This document shows, one piece after another, positions 59,501-64,000 of a stretch of DNA of 64,000 bases. A model generated the notes under the pieces. That model worked only from the letters and a program-made list of their open reading frames with translations. It had not been told where the DNA came from and did no database searches. The DNA is from an uncultured virus (IMG/VR IMGVR_UViG_3300044530_000636) (lineage: Duplodnaviria; Heunggongvirae; Uroviricota; Caudoviricetes), in the IMG/VR virus record IMGVR_UViG_3300044530_000636, one strand, 5' to 3'. The translations under genes were made by a program, and so were the position numbers. Position 1 is the stretch's first letter, and every line of letters begins with the position of its first letter.

Positions 59501-62500
59501 CTGTAAGAACCACTATCACTTCAAATAGAGTTTATACTATGAAGGATATTGGACAGCTTGATCAGAGAATTAAGAGACTAGAATATTATACAACTCTAAA
59601 CCAGTTGGAACAGAAAACACAGAATATCCAGGTTCCAGACGCTGCTGGTCTAAATCGTTTCAAGAACGGTATATTTGCTGATCCTATGACTTCTCACCTG
59701 TTCGCTCAGGCAGACGATCCTGGATACAGATGGTCGATTGATGTTCGTTACGGTCACGGTCGTCCAACATATTCTCAATACGATATTGATCTAGCATATA
59801 ACAATACCACAAGCACTGGTGTAACATTAACTGGTAAACTTGTTACTAGACCATACACTCACGAAGCATATATTCTACAGCCATATGCTACGAAATTTAG
59901 AAACAACAACCAAGATATTTGGTCTTGGAATGGAACTCTAAATCTTTATCCAAATTATGATATGAATAAAGATGAAACTCAGATTCCGAACGCTGATGCT
60001 GTTTTAGATTTGATGCAGCCATTCGTAGAATTGGGCGAAGCTGGTAACATCTGGGGTTCACATTACGGACCATGGCAAGTTTACGCTCAGACTGGTAATA
60101 TCTATTCAGGTCAAACAACTTATTGGCAACAGCTAGTAACAACTCATTGGTATGTTCCAATGACTAATACTGTGGAGCTAGGCAAGTTCCTAACTGATAT
60201 TGCTGTTCAGCCATATATTAAGTCTAAGACAATCGCATTTATTGCTACTGGCGTTAAGCCTTCGTCAAGAATGTATTGTTATTTTGACGAGACCCCTGTT
60301 GACGCCTATTGTGCAGCAGGAACTCTTAATGTTGGTCTAGGAATTACTACTTCAGCTATAGTATCTGCAGCAGCGCAGACAACAAATCCAGCCGCTGTTG
60401 TTAAAAGAACTGCAAACTTTGGCGATCCAATTTACTCAGACCAATTTGGTAACGTATTCGGCGTCTTCAATATTCCTGCCAACCAGTTCCGTGTTGGTGA
60501 GAGAAGATTCATGGTTATGGACACTGATAGCTTGGTTTACGGCGACGATGCTGCTCTTTCTAAGGCATCAGGGACTTATGTTGCAAGTAATATTACAACA
60601 ACAAGTCAAGAAGCAACAATCACAACTATTACTCCTGATGTAAGAACTTGCTATGCCTATAACTACACAACAACTTATTTCCGTGATCCTATCGCTCAGT
60701 CATTCAAGGTAGAATCACCACAACAAGAAAGCGGCGTTTTCGCAACTAAGGTTGATCTGTTCTTCAAGTCTAAAGATCAGAACGACGGTATTCGTGTCGT
60801 TGTCTGTGGAATGAACGCTGGGCTACCAGACAACAATAAGATTTATGGTTGGGGTCGTCTCGATGCTAATAATGTTAATGTTTCTGATACAGCTAACGTA
60901 GCTACAACCTTTACGTTCAACGAGCCAATTTATCTATCTGGTAACACTGATTACGCCTTCTGGGTAGAACCAGAATCAAGCAGCCCAGATTATAGAATGT
61001 GGGTTGCAGAGCTTGGCGATTTCGACGTAACAACTAAATCGCAGATTGGTCTAAATCCATATACTGGCGAATCATTCCGTTCATCAAACGCCAGAACTTG
61101 GACAGCTCTACCAAGAGAGGACGTAAAGTTCAACCTTTACGTTGCTAACTTTACTGTTGGTACAGGTCAGGCATATTTTAACAACGAAAACGACGAGTAT
61201 ATTACATATACTGGTGTCGCTTTGGCTAACTCTTTGGTTATTCCATCTTCCGCTGGTGGCGATGAAGTTTATGTAATTAATGCTTCTTCAAACGCTATTA
61301 TTAATAGCCCAGCATTAATTCATGGTTCGCTTCAGTCAATTGATATCGCAAATAATCAGATGATACTTGATAGTTCTACTGGAACTTTTGCGGCTGGTCA
61401 GAAGATTGGTTTCTTCAGATTCAGAACTGCTGGAAATACTGCAGAAGCATCAGCAAATTCAAATACATTGATTGCTACTGCTACTATTTCGACCATTGAT
61501 AATAAAGCGTATCATGCAATTGTTCCAAGATTCTCAACTATTACTCCTCTTGGCACAGCAATAACAACTTCGTTCAAAGGCTCTTCTAATTCAGGAGTCG
61601 TTGATACAGATTACAACGCTCTAGATTTCGATGTTGAAAGAGAAATGCTAGACTACGAAAGAGTTGTTTACAGCCGTTCAAACGAGCCTGGAATTCTAGG
61701 AACAGATAAATCTGTAACTATTAAGAACGAACTAACTTGTGTTCAGAAGTATGTTTCGCCAGCTATTGATATTTCAAGAAAAGGCGTAAAGATTCTTAAT
61801 AACACAATCAACTTCAGCAGCTATGGCGAAGACACTGGAAACGGTAACGCTGTATGTCGTTACATCAGCCAGCCAATTGTTCTAGCTGATGGTCAGGATT
61901 CTGAAGATATGAAACTATATCTATCAGCATATCGTCCATATAACACTGACGTTGAAGTTTATGTCAAATACCTATCTTCTTCAGATCCAGAAGGTCTACA
62001 AGATAAGGCATGGACAAAAATGACAAACGATAGCGCCGAGCTATATTGCAGCCCGATCGATCGTTTTGATTTCAAGGAATTTGTTTATACTCTTCCAACA
62101 TCTGTAGGTTATTCTTCGTATAACATTACAGCTAATACAACTGGTGTAAGCAATACAAACGAAACAATTGCTCTTGAAGCTGCTAATTCTACATTTACTG
62201 TGGGCGATAAGGTATACTACGCTGTACCAGCATCAAACACTGCAATTGGTGGACTAACAGCAAATAGTTATTATTATATCTCTTTTGCTAATTCTTCGGC
62301 AATTGCTCTGGCAAACACTCCAGGCGGCGCTAACGTTAATTTGACTGAGTCAAGAACTGGCGCAGGAGAAGTTCATACTATTTCTGGTCCTCGTGTTAAC
62401 AGAGCATTTGCTAACGCTGCTAATTTTGGTCAGATTGAGTATTACAATGACTCTGGCGCTAGATATATTGATTATAAAACTTTCGCCATCAAAATCGTTC

Positions 62501-62568
62501 TACTAAGTACAAGCGGAGTCTTTGTACCTAAGATTGACGATCTTCGTGGCATAGCCCTAATGGTGTAA
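56557..62568 (+). CDS. Large VrlC/DUF4815-like virion structural protein
   Basis: PYFDDY, VQARELTQ.Q, APGAHRLK, RTFEESGDY, YTMKDIG, RFKNG, DPIAQSF. Confidence 0.85.
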   Translation: MPLETDFNTSPYFDDYNENKQYYRILFRPTVAVQARELTQVQTMLQNQIDKFGNRILSDGSVVDGCAPTTIKSFDFVRVADNFTANANAVFTSVNNQCLLVGQSSNVRAVAMVTTAGLEVNYPDTNRFHLKYLNTGINGNTTFANGELINIYDENQSKLGVIDANNLINSIYVISTNTSVNAVGKGYGLTIEDGWVFQKGFFQKVNQQTVVVSDYSTNVSGYVVGFETAESIVTENEDTSLLDNALGYSNENAPGAHRLKLTPTLVSRLRTEVANNESFFIAFEFSNITNEIVLNRESDPYSVLGDFLNTRTFEESGDYVTKPFQVEATYAANTSNTDAFAYEVSTGTGYVHGKRVDFISSLKVDTDKAITTREANSQVITTNYGNFVYANEVMGALDFSNFITVDLYDTQQSTISVGVADYTLNGSKIGTAKVKQVVHDEGDPGLPGTTYRIYLTDIAMNSGKSFMNDAKAIIANSSINTYGEFRADIANSSTTAFLNQSGRTNLVFPFGKKALRTLRSSNGAVNASEFYFRATSTANLSNLGILSVTSNSSYAGGTDTLGYQGSYPFQLGDTLENEFIVTFKANATTINIGGSFGVSSTTTTLTGTNLTTYFANGEYIKIFSGGSGTVDYRRIVSTNSTVMTLNANCTVTNASANVAKFYPVGYEVPLDATYPGSRYVNITSSTTFDISTGSANSSLPLTTSTTAMTVQYKMRRSQATQAKKDVNKNRYVKLNLANNASGFTGPWILGLPDVIKLRNVWGSTNSSYSNTTAENITRYFVLSSGQKDDYYDHGTLILRPEYTGYLASTPYLTVEVDHFTANLNNGIGFFSVDSYPTTNSAVNNTTISWAEIPTYKTGSSTYDLRDSVDFRAYKANTANSSTTMAGATVNPATTNSFISGTFSYLSEPDSNFQADIEYFLGRMDLITISQSGQLGVIQGVPSEDPKNPNPEIDSMVIAAANVAPFPTLNARELETYKRKDLAVRTTITSNRVYTMKDIGQLDQRIKRLEYYTTLNQLEQKTQNIQVPDAAGLNRFKNGIFADPMTSHLFAQADDPGYRWSIDVRYGHGRPTYSQYDIDLAYNNTTSTGVTLTGKLVTRPYTHEAYILQPYATKFRNNNQDIWSWNGTLNLYPNYDMNKDETQIPNADAVLDLMQPFVELGEAGNIWGSHYGPWQVYAQTGNIYSGQTTYWQQLVTTHWYVPMTNTVELGKFLTDIAVQPYIKSKTIAFIATGVKPSSRMYCYFDETPVDAYCAAGTLNVGLGITTSAIVSAAAQTTNPAAVVKRTANFGDPIYSDQFGNVFGVFNIPANQFRVGERRFMVMDTDSLVYGDDAALSKASGTYVASNITTTSQEATITTITPDVRTCYAYNYTTTYFRDPIAQSFKVESPQQESGVFATKVDLFFKSKDQNDGIRVVVCGMNAGLPDNNKIYGWGRLDANNVNVSDTANVATTFTFNEPIYLSGNTDYAFWVEPESSSPDYRMWVAELGDFDVTTKSQIGLNPYTGESFRSSNARTWTALPREDVKFNLYVANFTVGTGQAYFNNENDEYITYTGVALANSLVIPSSAGGDEVYVINASSNAIINSPALIHGSLQSIDIANNQMILDSSTGTFAAGQKIGFFRFRTAGNTAEASANSNTLIATATISTIDNKAYHAIVPRFSTITPLGTAITTSFKGSSNSGVVDTDYNALDFDVEREMLDYERVVYSRSNEPGILGTDKSVTIKNELTCVQKYVSPAIDISRKGVKILNNTINFSSYGEDTGNGNAVCRYISQPIVLADGQDSEDMKLYLSAYRPYNTDVEVYVKYLSSSDPEGLQDKAWTKMTNDSAELYCSPIDRFDFKEFVYTLPTSVGYSSYNITANTTGVSNTNETIALEAANSTFTVGDKVYYAVPASNTAIGGLTANSYYYISFANSSAIALANTPGGANVNLTESRTGAGEVHTISGPRVNRAFANAANFGQIEYYNDSGARYIDYKTFAIKIVLLSTSGVFVPKIDDLRGIALMV

Positions 62569-62571
62569 TAA

Positions 62572-62772
62572 ATGGAAACTAAAGAGTACATTAGACAGAA
62601 AAACAATCCAGGCGCTCTGATAAATGTGGATAATACTGGATTGGCTGCTTATAAACGTCAAAGGGAAATCATGAGAAATGTAACCACTCATGAAGATAGA
62701 ATTAAGAAAATTGAGTCTAGCATAGACGAAGTTAAGAATCTTTTACTGCAGCTGGTAGAAAACGGAAAATAA
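62572..62772 (+). CDS. Small coiled-coil protein
   Basis: GALIN.D...Y, I.EVK.LL. Confidence 0.6.
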   Translation: METKEYIRQKNNPGALINVDNTGLAAYKRQREIMRNVTTHEDRIKKIESSIDEVKNLLLQLVENGK

Positions 62773-62775
62773 TAC

Positions 62776-63366
62776 ATGTCAATTACAGTAGCTAATACCG
62801 CCAATACGAATACTTGGGAATACTTTATTAATAGAGTAAACGAATTAGCGTATCATACTTCTGGCGCTGTATTAACTTCTGATAGCACCGGAAATAATAA
62901 CGTTACTTCTGGTAACGCTGTTCTTAGCGGCACATTTACTGCTAACGTTGTTTCTGTTGGTAACTCTTCTGTCAACGTAGCTATTATTCCTGCCAACTCA
63001 ACTATTCAGAATGCTGGAAAATATTACCTAAACGCTAACGGAAGTTGGGTGGAAACTGGCGGATCCAAAATAACTACAGCTGTTTCTTCTACAGGTTGGA
63101 CTCTTATTGACTCATTTTCTGCAGCTGATTATTCCGCTGCCGACTACGTTATCGCTGTAAACGATTCTTCTAACAGCAAAGTTATGGCAACCAAAATAAC
63201 TTTGGTACAGGATGGATCTGGCGTTTATTCTACAGAATATGCTACGATAGGTTCTAACACCACATTCGTTGTATTTAATGCTAATATTAGCGCTGGTACT
63301 GTAAGACTATATGTTAATACAGCTGTGACACCATTAACAGTCAAGACAACAAGGTTAACAGTGTAA
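62776..63366 (+). CDS. Structural/fibre-associated protein
   Basis: NT.E....R.N N-terminus; C-terminal EYA beta module. Confidence 0.6.
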   Translation: MSITVANTANTNTWEYFINRVNELAYHTSGAVLTSDSTGNNNVTSGNAVLSGTFTANVVSVGNSSVNVAIIPANSTIQNAGKYYLNANGSWVETGGSKITTAVSSTGWTLIDSFSAADYSAADYVIAVNDSSNSKVMATKITLVQDGSGVYSTEYATIGSNTTFVVFNANISAGTVRLYVNTAVTPLTVKTTRLTV

Positions 63367-63698
63367 TGGCAACAAAAGCTAATCTAGTAATAGACCAAGG
63401 CGCTACATACGAAGTTACTCTAGATTTGACCGACGAGAACGGCGATATTTTAAATCTAGCAGGATACACTGCTAATTCTCAAATGAGAAAATGGTATACT
63501 TCTTCTAATTCAATATCTTTTTCTTCTTCTGTTAACACAGTGGCAGGAACTATAACTCTTTCTTTAACAGCCGGACAGACTGCAAACCTAACCGCTGGAA
63601 GATATGTCTACGATGTAGAAGTCACCGAAGCTGCGGGAAATACAACTTCTAGAATTATTGAAGGTATCGTAACTGTAACGCCTAATGTAACGAGATAA
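63366..63698 (+). CDS. Ig-like virion protein
   Basis: IDQGA, GRYVYDV, RIIEG..TV.P.VT. Confidence 0.65.
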   Translation: MATKANLVIDQGATYEVTLDLTDENGDILNLAGYTANSQMRKWYTSSNSISFSSSVNTVAGTITLSLTAGQTANLTAGRYVYDVEVTEAAGNTTSRIIEGIVTVTPNVTR

Positions 63699-63700
63699 AG

Positions 63701-63961
63701 ATGTCAATAAACAAAACCATAAACGTCTCTATTTCTAGAAAATCTTCTACTGGGGTGATTAACCCCACAAACCCAGTTACGTTAAAAAGCGTCCCTACTA
63801 TTAATTCTGGAGTCGATAGACTAGATGCGCTTAAAGACGTATCTCCTAGCGGAGAAACATCTGGAGCGGTTCCAGTATACGATTCTGTCACCGACAAATA
63901 TATAGTCCAGAAATTGAATATGACCGATATCGTGGGCGACCTGGACGGTGGGACTTTTTAA
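63701..63961 (+). CDS. Small structural protein
   Basis: L..LKDV...G...YD, ends LDGGTF; late promoter follows at 63964. Confidence 0.55.
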   Translation: MSINKTINVSISRKSSTGVINPTNPVTLKSVPTINSGVDRLDALKDVSPSGETSGAVPVYDSVTDKYIVQKLNMTDIVGDLDGGTF

Positions 63962-64000
63962 ATAATAAATAGATAAAAATAACAAAAGGACCATCTAATG

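Overview
This window is a 64-kb segment of a large T4-like myovirus, probably infecting an alphaproteobacterium. The host call is inferred from an alpha-type two-piece tmRNA, a CobL-like domain and an L,D-transpeptidase. Positions ~1-34 kb form an accessory region of many small early genes behind sigma70 promoters, interrupted by AT-rich cassettes of tailoring enzymes, several behind T4 late promoters (NATAAATA). The enzymes include two flavin halogenase-like proteins, six 2OG-Fe(II)-type oxygenases, a radical SAM protein, an APS kinase-like protein, a PaaK-like ligase and a CbiE-like methyltransferase. The accessory region also carries tRNA-Thr(AGT), tRNA-Arg(TCT) and a circularly permuted tmRNA. 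Positions ~34-37 kb hold gp33, gp59 and gp32. Positions ~37-64 kb hold the baseplate/tail module: a tape/hub protein, gp51, gp26, gp54-like, gp2, gp4, gp48, gp53, gp27-like, a split gp5, PAAR, gp25, gp6, gp7, gp9-like, gp8 and a VrlC-like protein. The most notable signals are: (1) a possible phage ribosome-rescue kit (two-piece tmRNA behind a late promoter, an unannotated ArfA-like ORF, an A34 tRNA); (2) a likely -1 frameshift fusing gp26 to gp51; (3) a 3.4-kb GATC-free hub with exactly 12-bp-phased YGACCWA arrays and symmetric promoters; (4) late enzyme cassettes linked to a Gly-rich adhesin-like gene. All family calls come from motif recognition by eye; no database searches or folding programs were run.
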